Positions 29,871-40,377 of a stretch of 64,000 bases of DNA are shown here, in pieces. The notes under the pieces were generated by a model that did no database searches, had not been told where the DNA came from, and saw only the letters and a program-made list of their open reading frames with translations. The stretch lies in assembly GCA_048938895.1 (NCBI GenBank), contig JBHLLU010000003.1, forward strand, positions 1 to 64,000, written 5' to 3'. The position numbers were made by a program, and so were the translations under genes. The DNA is from Promethearchaeota archaeon (GTDB lineage: Archaea > Asgardarchaeota > Lokiarchaeia > Sigyniarchaeales > SOKP01). Within the stretch, counting starts at the first letter, position 1; each line of letters opens with the position of its first letter.

Positions 29871-30902
29871 ATGAGTTTGCTTAAATATATAATTAGAAGA
29901 TTAATTATAATGATCCCTGTTCTTTTTGGAGTGTTAACCCTAACCTTCATCCTTTCCAGATTGATGCCAGGAGATCCGATTGCGGCACGATTAGCTGCTC
30001 AAGGAATTCGAAATCCATCTGCGGAGCTTTATACTCAAATGAAATGCCAACTGGGTTTATGTGATCCAATAATAGTTCAATATTTTAGATATATGGGAGA
30101 GTTGTTTACAGGACATTGGGGTAAATCAGTGTCGATTGTAAGAAATCAACCTGTCTGGGATCTTATAATGGATAGAATGCCTTTAACTATTGATCTTACC
30201 ATATTTTCATTAACAATAGCATCCTATTTCGGGATTAAAGCTGGAGTAATTTCAGCTACTCATAGGAATAAAACACCTGATACATTTGTAAGAGGGTTTG
30301 CTTTAGTAGGAGTAGCACTACCAGTTTTCTTCTTAGGGATGCTACTACAGTTCCTTCTAGGATATCAATTAAATTGGTTTGAACCTACAGGATATTTGAG
30401 CTCAAAATACCAAGATCCTGAATATACAACTGGTTTTATTATTATTGACGCATTACTATCAGGCGAGTGGTATCTCATTGGAGACTATTTATGGCATTTG
30501 GTACTTCCCGTCTTCTGTCTATCATTCATTATGCTTGCTTCAATTACACGACAAACACGTTCAAGTATGTTGGAGGTGTTAGAACAAGATTTCGTTAGAA
30601 CTGCCAGAGCAAAAGGTTGTAAAGAAAAGTCAGTAATACATTCCCACGCTTTAAGAAATGCTATGATTCCGACTGTTACCATAATAGGAATGAGTATTGC
30701 AGGATTATTGGGAGGCGCCGTTCTAACTGAAACCACATTTGGGCTAACTGGGATGGGAAAATTGTTTGTTGATGCAATATTGTTATATGATTACTGGGTG
30801 TTATCCGCATTGGTCTTTATGATTACAATCTTGTTTATCTCAGCAAATTTACTAACTGATGTAATTTATGCTGTTCTCGATCCAAGAATTAGATATTCAT
30901 AA
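29871..30902 (+). CDS. dppB: Peptide/nickel ABC transporter permease DppB/OppB, copy 1
   Basis: YIIRRL, MPGDP, TRSSMLEVLEQDFVRTARAKG, DPRIRY. Confidence 0.93.
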   Translation: MSLLKYIIRRLIIMIPVLFGVLTLTFILSRLMPGDPIAARLAAQGIRNPSAELYTQMKCQLGLCDPIIVQYFRYMGELFTGHWGKSVSIVRNQPVWDLIMDRMPLTIDLTIFSLTIASYFGIKAGVISATHRNKTPDTFVRGFALVGVALPVFFLGMLLQFLLGYQLNWFEPTGYLSSKYQDPEYTTGFIIIDALLSGEWYLIGDYLWHLVLPVFCLSFIMLASITRQTRSSMLEVLEQDFVRTARAKGCKEKSVIHSHALRNAMIPTVTIIGMSIAGLLGGAVLTETTFGLTGMGKLFVDAILLYDYWVLSALVFMITILFISANLLTDVIYAVLDPRIRYS

Positions 30903-31183
30903 TTGAATTATGAATTTCTGCACCCACTTTATTTGTTAAAGAGAAGATGTCAAAATATCTTGAAAAGTAGGAAAAATATAACTATTTAAGAGACATTTAA
31001 CAAGATTTATATTAAAACGAGCGGTTGTGTATGTAATTGCATTTTGATTGAACAAGAAATGTAATTAAATGTGAGAGTAAAATTGATATAAAACAATTAT
31101 TCTTGAAATCTAGAATTGCACTAAGGAAACTACTATTATTTACTATTAATTAACAATATTAAATATGAAAAGTTTTGTAATAT

Positions 31184-32215
31184 ATGAGCCTAATTAAATA
31201 CATAATCCGGAGATTAGTGGTAATGATCCCTGTATTATTTGGGGTTCTAACCTTAACTTTCATTCTTTCTAGAATGATGCCGGGAGATCCTATTGCAGCG
31301 CGATTAGCAGCTTCGGGAGTACGTAATCCTTCAAACGCGCTCTATCATCAAATGAAATGTCAACTAGGATTATGTGACCCTATATTCGTCCAGTATTTAC
31401 GATATATGGGAGAATTATTTACAGGTCATTGGGGTGTCTCAGTTTCAATAGTTCGGAATGAACCGGTGTGGGATCTTGTTATGGAGAGATTACCTTTAAC
31501 CATAGATCTTACTGTCTTTTCAATGGCAATTTCCTCTTATTTGGGAATAAAAGCAGGAATTATATCAGCAAAGCATCGAAATAATTCTCCTGATACTATC
31601 GTACGAGGAATTGCATTAGTGGGTGTTGCTTTACCGGTATTCTTTTTAGGAATGCTTCTTCAATTCACATTTGGGTATGTATTTAAGATTTTCGAACCAA
31701 CAGGACATTTAAGAGCTAAATACCAGGATCCTCCCTATCTGACAGGTTTTGTTTTAATTGATTCGCTTATGTCAGGTCATTGGTATTTGATTGGGGATTA
31801 TTTATGGCATTTAACCCTACCTGTCTTTTGTTTATCATTTATTACCCTTGCTTCTATTACAAGGCAAACAAGATCAAGCATGCTGGAAGTGTTAGAGCAG
31901 GATTTCGTAAGAACTGCACGTGCTAAAGGGTGCAAAGAAAAAGCAGTAATACATTCCCATGCGTTAAGAAATGCACTGATACCGACAGTAACAATAATCG
32001 GATTAAATATTGCAGGTTTACTTGGAGGAGCGGTTATTACTGAAACGACTTTTGGATTAAATGGGGTAGGTAAATTATTTATTGATGCTATACTATTGTA
32101 TGATTATTGGGTGTTAGCAGCGTTGGTATTTCTTATAACCATTATCTTCATTATTGCAAATCTAATGACGGATGTAATCTATGCAATTTTAGATCCAAGA
32201 ATAAGATATTCCTAG
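31184..32215 (+). CDS. dppB: Peptide/nickel ABC transporter permease DppB/OppB, copy 2
   Basis: Same motifs and same length (343 aa) as copy 1. Confidence 0.93.
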   Translation: MSLIKYIIRRLVVMIPVLFGVLTLTFILSRMMPGDPIAARLAASGVRNPSNALYHQMKCQLGLCDPIFVQYLRYMGELFTGHWGVSVSIVRNEPVWDLVMERLPLTIDLTVFSMAISSYLGIKAGIISAKHRNNSPDTIVRGIALVGVALPVFFLGMLLQFTFGYVFKIFEPTGHLRAKYQDPPYLTGFVLIDSLMSGHWYLIGDYLWHLTLPVFCLSFITLASITRQTRSSMLEVLEQDFVRTARAKGCKEKAVIHSHALRNALIPTVTIIGLNIAGLLGGAVITETTFGLNGVGKLFIDAILLYDYWVLAALVFLITIIFIIANLMTDVIYAILDPRIRYS

Positions 32216-32222
32216 TAAGAAT

Positions 32223-33245
32223 GTGAATTTTTTAATGGAAAAATCTTATTTAATAGTAGGACAAGAAGAAATAGAAGAATTTGAATCTCAAACTAAAATT
32301 CCAAAGAGAATAACTTTATGGTTTTTTAATAATATCAAATTTCTAATTCTCCCGGGATCCAGACTAGAAGAATTAGATATTAGAGAATTTGAATTTGAGA
32401 GAACTGCAACAAAAAGACATCTAATTAAGAGATTAAAGAATCCCTTAACTATTCTGGGTTTTTGTATAATTTTTTTAATCGTTACTTTAGCAGTTTTTGC
32501 CCCATGGATTTCACCCCAATCATTTGAATATGCAATGATCCCTCAGCCAGGTTCATGGAGCCCTCCATCTCTCGAACATCCCTTAGGACAAACAGCTATG
32601 GGTGGGGATGTATTGTCCAGATTAATTTGGGGTGCGAGAACATCTCTAACAATTGCTCTTCCGTCGCTTACTCTAAGTGTAGTAGGAGGTGTAGTATTTG
32701 GTGTACTCGCTGCGTATTATGGAGGATGGGTAGATACATTGATCATGAGAATTTGTGATGTCTTCCTTGCATTTCCAGGTTTAATACTAGCATTAGTGTT
32801 CATAGCAATTTATGGTCCAATAATGGAGATGATACTTTTAATTTATGGATTTCTAGGTATTCCTTTTTATGCTCGTCTTATTAGAGGAAATGTATTATTA
32901 GCTCGAGATCTTCCTTATATTAGTGCAGCTAAAACATCTGGAGCGGGGAATTGGAGGATTATGTTTAGACATATTCTGCCTAATGTGATACAACCCATAA
33001 TCATTTCTGTTACTTTTAATCTGGGGACAGTAATCTTAGGATTAGCTGGTCTTTCCTTTTTAGGTATGAATCAGTCTGTCTTAATTGAATGGGGAAATGA
33101 CATAAATGTTGCTCGAGAAAATCCATATGAGTCACCATGGGCAGGATTATGGCCAGGATTTATGATATTTTTAACAGTATTGGGTTTTATGCTGGTTGGC
33201 GATGGCTTACGAGATGCTTTAGATCCAAGGTTGAAAAATTTATAA
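32223..33245 (+). CDS. dppC: Peptide/nickel ABC transporter permease DppC/OppC
   Basis: HPLGQTAMGGDVLSRLIWGARTSL, RHILPN, GDGLRDALDPR. Confidence 0.93.
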   Translation: MNFLMEKSYLIVGQEEIEEFESQTKIPKRITLWFFNNIKFLILPGSRLEELDIREFEFERTATKRHLIKRLKNPLTILGFCIIFLIVTLAVFAPWISPQSFEYAMIPQPGSWSPPSLEHPLGQTAMGGDVLSRLIWGARTSLTIALPSLTLSVVGGVVFGVLAAYYGGWVDTLIMRICDVFLAFPGLILALVFIAIYGPIMEMILLIYGFLGIPFYARLIRGNVLLARDLPYISAAKTSGAGNWRIMFRHILPNVIQPIIISVTFNLGTVILGLAGLSFLGMNQSVLIEWGNDINVARENPYESPWAGLWPGFMIFLTVLGFMLVGDGLRDALDPRLKNL

Positions 33246-33396
33246 CTTTTTTTTCTTTTATTATTAACTTTCAATAAGTATATGAAATATTCATTAAGTT
33301 GGCTAGTTTCTCATAAAACTTTTTTTATTAAGAAAATTTAAAAAGAAATTAACCAAGAATATAGGAAAACTTAATTCTATTTGGATGTGAATTAAA

Positions 33397-34230
33397 ATTT
33401 CTGAAAATTATGCAATACTAACCAATAATCTCACAAAAAATTTCGGAAACGTCATAGCAGTTAACAATTTAAACCTAAAAATTCCATATGGGATAACATT
33501 TGGATTACTTGGTCCAAACGGAGCCGGAAAAACAACGACCGTTAGGATGCTTAATTCAATTATAACTCCAACGTCTGGTACTGCTAAAGTGGTAGGATAT
33601 GATATTATTGAACAAAGCCAAGACGTAAAAATCAATTCTGGATTCTTGCCTGAAACACCAGGTTTATACCAGAAATTAACCGCAAAAGAATTCTTAGAGT
33701 TTGTAGGTGAATTATATTATTTGCCAAAGAATGTAATTTCTAATCGCATTGATGAATTGATAAGTATTTTTGATTTAGAGGGGCGTGAAAATGATCTTCT
33801 AGAAGGATATAGTAGGGGAATGAAACAAAAAGTATGCTTATGTGCAGCTTTAATTCAAGATCCAAAGATTATATTTTTAGATGAACCCACGTCAAATTTA
33901 GATCCTGCAGCTGCGAGAATGGTTAAAGATCTAATATCAGATCTTGCAAAGAAGGCAGATAAAACGATATTTATCTGTACCCATCTTCTCGATGCCGCTG
34001 AAGAATTATGCGATTTAATCGGGATAATTGATAATGGTATATTAAAAGTAAAAGGAACCCCTCAAGAAATTATTAAATCAACTGAAACAAATGATTTAGA
34101 AGAGGCATACCTCAAAATAATGGGTGCTAAACATATGGAAGATTTATTAGTGTGGCGAGAAGAACTTCCAAAAAACCTTGAGAAAGTGAAGAAGGTTAAA
34201 AAAAAGAAAAAGAAGTTGAAAAATAAATAA
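33397..34230 (+). CDS. ABC-2 type ATP-binding protein; real N-terminus lies upstream of the track ORF, with a probable ATT start
   Basis: The frame upstream of 33547 encodes SENYAILTNNLTKNFGNVIAVNNLNLKIPYGITFGLLGPNGAGKTT (Walker A). It is bounded by TGA at 33388-33390 and has no ATG/GTG/TTG before Walker A. Confidence 0.85.
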   Translation: MSENYAILTNNLTKNFGNVIAVNNLNLKIPYGITFGLLGPNGAGKTTTVRMLNSIITPTSGTAKVVGYDIIEQSQDVKINSGFLPETPGLYQKLTAKEFLEFVGELYYLPKNVISNRIDELISIFDLEGRENDLLEGYSRGMKQKVCLCAALIQDPKIIFLDEPTSNLDPAAARMVKDLISDLAKKADKTIFICTHLLDAAEELCDLIGIIDNGILKVKGTPQEIIKSTETNDLEEAYLKIMGAKHMEDLLVWREELPKNLEKVKKVKKKKKKLKNK

Positions 34231-35831
34231 TGGCACTCTGGAAAGCTATAGCTAAAAATGAGATCAAATTAAGAACAAGTCGTTTTCGTAAAAACAGAAT
34301 ATTATTTTTAGGGATGATATATAGTTTTCTTTTGTTATGGGCATTCTTGTTATGTCCCGTTATTTTTGACCTTTTTATGCCTACAATAATAAATGAAATT
34401 GGTTCTGAAATTTTAATGGTTGTTTCTCTATTAATTGAATTTGGGATGATGGCATTCTTTTTGGGCATCCTAATTTATCCACTAAATACCGTATATAGAA
34501 AGACTGAAATTGGTTTCAAAGAAGTATTATTAGCTTCCCCCGCTACCTCTGGGGATATTTTTTTGGGAGAATATATAGGTAAATTCCCAATTTATACCGC
34601 TATTATTTTAATCGTGACTCCATTAATCATTGGTATGTTAAATCCAATTATAAATCTAACTATTATTCAATATCTAATTATATATCTGTGCATTTTTGGA
34701 ATGGTACTTTTTGCTGCGTTGCTAGGATCAGTAATCTCATCTTGGCTTGAACATAGAATAGCAAAAAGCGAAAGAGCTCGAGATTTAGGTAAAGTTATTA
34801 TGTTTTTGCTTTCTATAGCAATTGTTGTAATAATGTATTCTCTCCAATTCTTGTTTAATTTTCTTATTAACAACCCCCAACTGAGAAATTGGGTTAGTTT
34901 CTATCCTTCAATATGGTTTTCAAATATAATCTTGTATTATATAGATCCAAGCTTAATAAGCAATTATTTTTTAAATATCTGGTTTAGTAGTTTAATTGTC
35001 ATTTCAGTTCCTACCTTTATACTCTATATTTCATATAAAAAAGCAGAGAGATTTTTCACTGTTGAAGGAGGGATTGAAAAAATATCAATTGTTATTGAAA
35101 GGGAAAATAAATTCTTTCAAATGATTAGGAAATTTGCAGGTCACAAGTGGGAAGGATTAATTATTACTCAACTAAAAGAATTTCTAAGAAAAAGAGAAAC
35201 AATTATGAAAATTGTTTATGTCTGTGGTATCGTGAGTGTGTTAGGTGTGTTTTTCTCTCTTCCTATAGGTGCAGAAGAAAATATAATACAATCAATGATT
35301 ATTGTAACACTTATTATTACGGGAGGGATGATGTATGGGTTTCTTTTTGGAAGTTATATTTTTGTGGGATCAAAGGATTTAATTTGGGTCTATAAAAGGA
35401 GTCCCAGAAATATTCGAGCTTTAGTTTATTCCTATATCTTATCAATGTTAATACTTAATATTATCATGACCTTAGGTTTAACCTGCTTTTTTACATTCTT
35501 TTTCAAGTTTGATTTCTTTACAATTCTCTTTTTCTTTGCATTTTATTTAATCTATAATCAGTTAGTCCTTTTTCAAGCAATAGGACTTCAATGTTTTAGT
35601 CCATCTTTTGAAGAAAAAGGGCGCGTAATGGCTACAAATAATTTAATTCTCATGGTCCTACAATTTGTTCCATTCCAGTTTATTATTACAGCCCTCTTGA
35701 TTTTATTTAGCCCTCCATCATCCCCAAATGCCGCAAAATTTTACTTCTTAAGTCCATTTCTGCTCATTTCTACCATAATTGCCCTTCCTTTATTATTTGT
35801 TGGTATTAAGCATTTGAGTAAAATTGAGTAA
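34230..35831 (+). CDS. ABC-2 type exporter permease
   Basis: Multi-TM protein (LLASPAT..DIFLGEY, YKRSP), coupled to the ATPase by a TAATG overlap. Confidence 0.82.
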   Translation: MALWKAIAKNEIKLRTSRFRKNRILFLGMIYSFLLLWAFLLCPVIFDLFMPTIINEIGSEILMVVSLLIEFGMMAFFLGILIYPLNTVYRKTEIGFKEVLLASPATSGDIFLGEYIGKFPIYTAIILIVTPLIIGMLNPIINLTIIQYLIIYLCIFGMVLFAALLGSVISSWLEHRIAKSERARDLGKVIMFLLSIAIVVIMYSLQFLFNFLINNPQLRNWVSFYPSIWFSNIILYYIDPSLISNYFLNIWFSSLIVISVPTFILYISYKKAERFFTVEGGIEKISIVIERENKFFQMIRKFAGHKWEGLIITQLKEFLRKRETIMKIVYVCGIVSVLGVFFSLPIGAEENIIQSMIIVTLIITGGMMYGFLFGSYIFVGSKDLIWVYKRSPRNIRALVYSYILSMLILNIIMTLGLTCFFTFFFKFDFFTILFFFAFYLIYNQLVLFQAIGLQCFSPSFEEKGRVMATNNLILMVLQFVPFQFIITALLILFSPPSSPNAAKFYFLSPFLLISTIIALPLLFVGIKHLSKIE

Positions 35832-35864
35832 AAAAAGATGATAAATAGCACTACAAGGAATTAA

Positions 35865-37700
35865 TCATTTTTCATAACTCCCAAATTGAGGAATTTTCTT
35901 AAGTTGATCTGAATTAAAAATTGGCCCATCTTTACAAATAGAAATATCATTATTCTCACCAACACAACAGGACCCACATAAACCAACACCACATTTCATT
36001 TTTCTCTCGAGGGAAGCTTGAATTTGAATATTCTTTGACTCCGCTAAATCTAATACTTTTTTCATCATTACCTCTGGACCACATGTGATAATTAAATCAA
36101 TTTTGCTATTAATTATAAGATCCTCAATTGTGTCTGTTACATAACATTTTCTTCCAAATGAGCCATCGTCGGTAGAACACATGGTGTTTGGGAGAAGTTC
36201 TATTAACCTATCAGCAAAAATTAAAGAAGCTTGGTCTTTAGCGCCTATAGTTACTATTACATTCTTTTTATTTTGTTTTAATGGTTCAATTAATGACGTT
36301 AAAGCAGCAATTCCCATTCCTCCTCCAACAATTAGAATGTTTGATGCATCTTCATAATTCCATGTATTGCCAAAGGGTCCTCTGATGCCAATTTTTTCAC
36401 CTACGTTAAGTTCAAATAATCTGGCTGTACCATCACCAATTTTTTGGACAGTAATTTCGACAAGATTGCCCTCTATGTTTGAAATAGACATAGGTAAAAA
36501 ATCTGTGTCGGGAAGCCATAATATCACAAACATACCTGGTCTATATACTTTTGCAATTCTTTCACTCCGAATTTGAAAACTTCTAATTTCTGGTGAATGT
36601 TTGACAATTGATTCAATTTTTACCATGTCTGTTTTATGTCTTGTTAGATCTAGTACTAAATCCTTACTTTCATTTAAAAGATTTTTAGTCTCAAGAAAAC
36701 CTTTTTCCACACAAATATCAACTATTTCCTTTCCTCTTTTATTTCTAATAATCAGAGTTTTCCATTCATTCTCACTTCCGATATTTCCAACTGATATATC
36801 AGCAAATTCTGCAGTATAATCCGAACATGAAAAGCAAGCGTTTCGAATTGATTTATCATATATATAATTTAATGGTAAATCTTTAACACTAGAGTTTGTA
36901 AATATTTTTAATTTAAATTCGCTTTTATTTGAGTCAAATTTAATAATATCATTAGGATTTACACTAAAATCCTTAAAACATTGATTCAATAATTGGTTAT
37001 AATAAGTCCCAAAGCAAAACGTACCTATTGCCAGTGAAACTAAATCATATGCCTCAAAATCAAAAATAGGATGATTTTGGAGTTTTCTTAATGCTTGGAT
37101 CTGGCATGGGGTGCCCACGACGGCACTACTCGTATATTCCTTATTAATTGCTTCTCCTAATAATGATAATGTTGGGCTTTGGCTTGGTTTATATCCCACC
37201 CCACGAAATAATTCTTTTTGATTTGATGCCATTATAGGATAGGGTATAAAGTTTTCATCTTTATCTGTAATTATGGCACAATCAATTAATTCCTCTTCCA
37301 TTGCCGTATATAATAATGTAGTAATTGGTCCTGCTTCAATAGAGAGTTGTTCTTTTGCCTTATCAGTTAATCTTACAGATATTATTTCCAGGTAATGCCC
37401 CAATATTTTCTCATACTCCTTCCCAAAAACCCATTTATCTAGTAGATCTACAGGGATTTGATCGATTCCTGTTTTTGGGCAAAGATTATAACATAGTCCA
37501 AATCCATCTCTACATGTATTACTGTCTTTGCAGGAACCATCCTCTATTGGAATTTCTTTTGACTTATCAAATTTGATATTAGCACAAAAAGCAGCACATG
37601 CTCCGCAATATACACATTTCCCTGTTCTAATTATTTCTGATTCTAATTCCTTCCAGCCTTTTTTGATTTTATGAATATACATATCTTTAATTACCCCCAT
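35865..37700 (-). CDS. Fusion of an F420 hydrogenase/dehydrogenase beta subunit (FrhB/FpoF-like, with ferredoxin) and a PyrK/HydG-like FAD/NAD(P)/[2Fe-2S] subunit
   Basis: N-terminal CVYCGAC..C, VGTPCQ, IGTFC, CFSCSD, ADISVGNIGS; C-terminal PMSIS, GIRGPFG, VGGGMGIA, TDDGS, CGPE, ERKMKCGVGLCGSC...CKDGP. Confidence 0.88.
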   Translation of the reverse strand: MGVIKDMYIHKIKKGWKELESEIIRTGKCVYCGACAAFCANIKFDKSKEIPIEDGSCKDSNTCRDGFGLCYNLCPKTGIDQIPVDLLDKWVFGKEYEKILGHYLEIISVRLTDKAKEQLSIEAGPITTLLYTAMEEELIDCAIITDKDENFIPYPIMASNQKELFRGVGYKPSQSPTLSLLGEAINKEYTSSAVVGTPCQIQALRKLQNHPIFDFEAYDLVSLAIGTFCFGTYYNQLLNQCFKDFSVNPNDIIKFDSNKSEFKLKIFTNSSVKDLPLNYIYDKSIRNACFSCSDYTAEFADISVGNIGSENEWKTLIIRNKRGKEIVDICVEKGFLETKNLLNESKDLVLDLTRHKTDMVKIESIVKHSPEIRSFQIRSERIAKVYRPGMFVILWLPDTDFLPMSISNIEGNLVEITVQKIGDGTARLFELNVGEKIGIRGPFGNTWNYEDASNILIVGGGMGIAALTSLIEPLKQNKKNVIVTIGAKDQASLIFADRLIELLPNTMCSTDDGSFGRKCYVTDTIEDLIINSKIDLIITCGPEVMMKKVLDLAESKNIQIQASLERKMKCGVGLCGSCCVGENNDISICKDGPIFNSDQLKKIPQFGSYEK

Positions 37701-38283
37701 TTAGCTTTTTTAAGAAATCTAGTGCTTCTTTTTTTCCAAGTTCAAAAGCTTCCATATTTTTTTTGAGTGTGGCGCTAGGCACAAATTTTTTCAGAGTTTC
37801 AATTGCAGATTCTTCTGATATTATTCTTGAAAGAATGGTGAACGCTCCAAATAAAATTGAATTTCCAAACACAATATTTCCAAAATTTTCAACGGCTAAT
37901 TTCTGAACAGGGATACTTAAAGATTTTTTTATCTGTTGTGCTATTTTAAATTCCTGGATCGTAGATGGATCCCAGATAAGATATCCTGTATTTTCCTCAG
38001 CTTTAAATTGATCAGGACCAACTCGTGCTGCTGATTCCCCAGAAAGTACAATCAAAAAATCATATGGTTTTAGAGCTTGAGGATAATCAATAGATTTTAT
38101 ATCTTTATCCAACTCCACAACCACTTCTGCCCAACACGCACCACCTCGAGCAGAAGCGCTATATGCTTCCGTTTGGGTAGCAGCTAAGTTTTCATAAAGT
38201 GATGCAGCAGTAATAATCATTTTTGATAATGTAATTACTCCCTGTCCACCAAATCCCGCAATACGTATTTCATATCTAGCCAA
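37687..38283 (-). CDS. 2-oxoacid:ferredoxin oxidoreductase gamma subunit
   Basis: IRIAGFGGQG, YSASARGG, NSILFGA, NMEAFELG. Confidence 0.92.
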   Translation of the reverse strand: MARYEIRIAGFGGQGVITLSKMIITAASLYENLAATQTEAYSASARGGACWAEVVVELDKDIKSIDYPQALKPYDFLIVLSGESAARVGPDQFKAEENTGYLIWDPSTIQEFKIAQQIKKSLSIPVQKLAVENFGNIVFGNSILFGAFTILSRIISEESAIETLKKFVPSATLKKNMEAFELGKKEALDFLKKLNGGN

Positions 38284-38286
38284 TCT

Positions 38287-39192
38287 TTATTCCTCTCCCA
38301 TAGCTATTTGCTTTATTTTTTCATATTCTTCACAATATTCTGGTTTATTAGGTTCATATCTGAATTCTCCGATGACATATTTATTTAGCAATTCTTCTTC
38401 AGTCATGAATTTTGCTTGGTTAATACGTACACTATTTCTTTTTATCCAATCAATCATTATACCTGTATTATCCATTTTCTGTCCTTTTATACCTAAATTT
38501 TCAGCACCTAAACTATCGAGATTTTTTCTTCCAAAATACGTAATACAAGGAGTTATTATCTCTATTACAGAAGTACCTTTATGATTTAATCCCTTCTTAA
38601 AATATTTCATTAATGTCCTTGGGTGAGCAACTGTTGTTCTGGCAACATAAGAAGCACCTGCAGTGAGTGCAAGTTTTACCCCATCGGTTCTATTTTCAAA
38701 CATTTTATAAGGTGTTGTTGAACTCATTGCACCAAATAAAGTTGTGGGTGCCCCTTGTCCTCCTGTCATGGCATAAATACTATTATTGAAAATAAGAATT
38801 ACACAATCAAGATTTCTTCGGCAAATATGCATAAAATGATTTCCTCCGATTCCTAAACAATCACCATCTCCAGTAAAAATAATAGGTTTCATTTTTGGGT
38901 TTGCCATTTTCATTCCTGTTGCTAGTGCTGGTGCGCGCCCATGTAATGTAAGTATTCTCTGAGTAGCATGGTGTAAAGTCAATAAAATCTGACCATAGCA
39001 TCCAATGCCAATTACTACCGGATATAGTTTAGGATCTAATTTTTCATCTTCAAAAACACGATTGAAAAGGTGACCTATAATTCCATATCCACATCCCGCG
39101 CAGAAAAGAGAGAAGTATCTCTTGAAATATTTTCCTGGCATCGAAATAGAGAGGTATGGATGCTCTGGTTGTTCACTTGGATATGTCGACAT
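38287..39192 (-). CDS. 2-oxoacid:ferredoxin oxidoreductase beta subunit (TPP-binding)
   Basis: FCAGCG, GIGC, LHGRA, GDGD...NNSIYAMTGGQ. Confidence 0.93.
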   Translation of the reverse strand: MSTYPSEQPEHPYLSISMPGKYFKRYFSLFCAGCGYGIIGHLFNRVFEDEKLDPKLYPVVIGIGCYGQILLTLHHATQRILTLHGRAPALATGMKMANPKMKPIIFTGDGDCLGIGGNHFMHICRRNLDCVILIFNNSIYAMTGGQGAPTTLFGAMSSTTPYKMFENRTDGVKLALTAGASYVARTTVAHPRTLMKYFKKGLNHKGTSVIEIITPCITYFGRKNLDSLGAENLGIKGQKMDNTGIMIDWIKRNSVRINQAKFMTEEELLNKYVIGEFRYEPNKPEYCEEYEKIKQIAMGEE

Positions 39193-40364
39193 TATTTTGC
39201 CACCTCCCTTATTACTTTTAAAATATCATCTGGATGATGAAAATCGCATATTTTAGGAATTTTTATTATAGGAATTTCTAATTTTGTTACTCGTTCGACT
39301 TGTTCTGCTATTATCCCAGTATAATTCAATTCAGGTACAATTACGGCTTTCGCGTTTTTTACGACATTCTTTACTTTTTCATCTGGAAATGGCCATAAAG
39401 TTATTAGCCGAAAAATCCCAACTTTAATTCCTTCCTTGCGTGCGATATCAACAGCACGATAACTAGTTCTAATTGGTAAGCCATATGAGATAATAATTAT
39501 TTCCGCATCCTCCATTTTATATTCTTCAGTCAGAGAAATTTTATCTAAATTAGTCTTTAGTTTATCAGTTAGCATCTTTGTGAAGGGAAGTGCCTGTCCC
39601 CTAGAGGACATTCCATTAGAACTATGTGGTTGATGAAGGAACATTAATGGTACATAATCAGTGCCCATAATTGGTGGTTTTGGGATTATGTATGAGTTTG
39701 TTTTATTATCAAAATATGAAAATTTATTTGTGAAATCACTAGGTAATTCACGAGAAATTACTCTCTCGATAATTTCCTCTTTTGGCGGTATAACCAATGG
39801 TTCATGAAGATGGCCTAAATACGCATCTGATACAAGAAAAACGGGACAGCGATACATCTCAGCAAAATTAAATGCTGTGATTGTTAAATCAAAAAGCTCT
39901 TGACAATTCATTGGGGCAAGTGCTATAACCCCAAATTCTCCATTACCTGCAAATCTCATTAAACCTAAATCATTATGATGAGGTTCGGTTACAAATCCAG
40001 TACCAGGACCATTTCTTTGAACATCACAAAACACAAAAGGGATTTCCAAGCAAGCTGCCATACTAATAGTTTCCACCATCAAAGAAAATCCGGGGCCTGA
40101 TGTTGCTGTCATTGATTTTGCTCCCACTAAAGATGCGCCCATTACTGCATTTATTGACGCCAATTCATCTTCCATCTGCATACAAACTCCTCCAACTTGA
40201 GGCATCCTAAATGCTAAATGCTCAATAACCTCTGTACTAGGTGTAATTGGATATCCCCCAAAAAAGTTAAGGCCTGCAGATAAAGCACCTTCTGCCATAG
40301 CAACATTACCCATCATAACATGCTTTCCTTCTGGTAAATATCTTTTATTATTTTTATCTCCCAT
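39192..40364 (-). CDS. 2-oxoacid:ferredoxin oxidoreductase alpha subunit (KorA-like)
   Basis: GYPITPSTE, QMEDE, TATSGPGFSL, LWPFP. Confidence 0.93.
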   Translation of the reverse strand: MGDKNNKRYLPEGKHVMMGNVAMAEGALSAGLNFFGGYPITPSTEVIEHLAFRMPQVGGVCMQMEDELASINAVMGASLVGAKSMTATSGPGFSLMVETISMAACLEIPFVFCDVQRNGPGTGFVTEPHHNDLGLMRFAGNGEFGVIALAPMNCQELFDLTITAFNFAEMYRCPVFLVSDAYLGHLHEPLVIPPKEEIIERVISRELPSDFTNKFSYFDNKTNSYIIPKPPIMGTDYVPLMFLHQPHSSNGMSSRGQALPFTKMLTDKLKTNLDKISLTEEYKMEDAEIIIISYGLPIRTSYRAVDIARKEGIKVGIFRLITLWPFPDEKVKNVVKNAKAVIVPELNYTGIIAEQVERVTKLEIPIIKIPKICDFHHPDDILKVIREVAK

Positions 40365-40377
40365 TCATCTCGCCTTC

